This document shows, piece after piece, positions 58,254 through 58,346 of a stretch of DNA of 58,346 nucleotides. The position numbers and the translations under genes are program-made. Origin of the DNA: Nitrospirota bacterium (GTDB taxonomy: Bacteria > Nitrospirota > Nitrospiria > SBBL01 > SBBA01); assembly GCA_038067655.1 (NCBI GenBank), contig JBBTNS010000018.1, positions 1-58,346 on the forward strand. The letters run 5' to 3'. Positions within the stretch are counted from its first letter, which is position 1; each line of letters starts with the position of its first letter. The notes beneath the pieces are model-generated. The model saw nothing but the letters and a program-made list of their open reading frames with translations. It did no database searches and was not told the origin of the DNA.

Positions 58254-58346
58254 ACTATTTAATCACTTTTGAAATTACGCCCGCGCCAACCGTTCGGCCG
58301 CCTTCTCGAATTGCAAAACGCAATCCTTCAGACATCGCAATCGGCA
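58254..58346 (-). CDS. tuf: Elongation factor Tu, C-terminal end (gene truncated by the window edge)
   Basis: Translates to ...PIAMSEGLRFAIREGGRTVGAGVISKVIK-stop. Confidence 0.9.

Overview
This is a 58.3-kb chromosomal window from a bacterium with a Gram-negative-type envelope. The backbone is about mid-40s %GC by eye, and I cannot assign a taxon from the sequence alone. Most of the window is intact housekeeping DNA. In order: moaD/moaE, a cytochrome c, a SWIM-SNF2 helicase, lptF/lptG, a BNR-repeat lipoprotein, a polyamine operon (decarboxylase-speE-speD), a gtrA/GT2/GT39 glycosylation cluster, htrA, a PIN-TRAM protein, ispD/ispF/cysE, mutY, atpAGDC, lpxB-msbA-lpxK-lpxL-waaF, orn, a GAF-ANTAR regulator, metF, hemE, a squalene/phytoene-synthase pair, and the conserved tuf-rpmG-tRNA(Trp)-secE-nusG-rplKAJL-rpoB block. 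The standout region is about 12.97-21.04 kb. It is a visibly GC-richer segment of about 7.4 kb bracketed by two dead, same-orientation remnants of one ISNCY-like insertion sequence. All of its genes lie on the minus strand and look defence-related. They are an N6-MTase-like gene, a frameshifted ImmA/IrrE gene with a truncated DUF4411 partner, an intact Eco29kI-family type II R-M pair, a class II Fic gene, and a frameshifted T5orf172/GIY-YIG-SF2 helicase fusion. The Fic gene sits precisely between a duplicated 17-codon copy of the helicase N-terminus and the helicase gene itself, and both junctions have overlapping stop/start codons. Elsewhere, several families of short repeats overlap or abut gene 3' ends. 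A yefM-yoeB cassette is bracketed by a 57-bp direct repeat that duplicates the hemE 3' end. A 159-bp element with 20-bp terminal inverted repeats lies upstream of lptF. rpoB ends at a terminator with no rpoC downstream. All family assignments come from motifs I recognised in the translations; no database search was possible.
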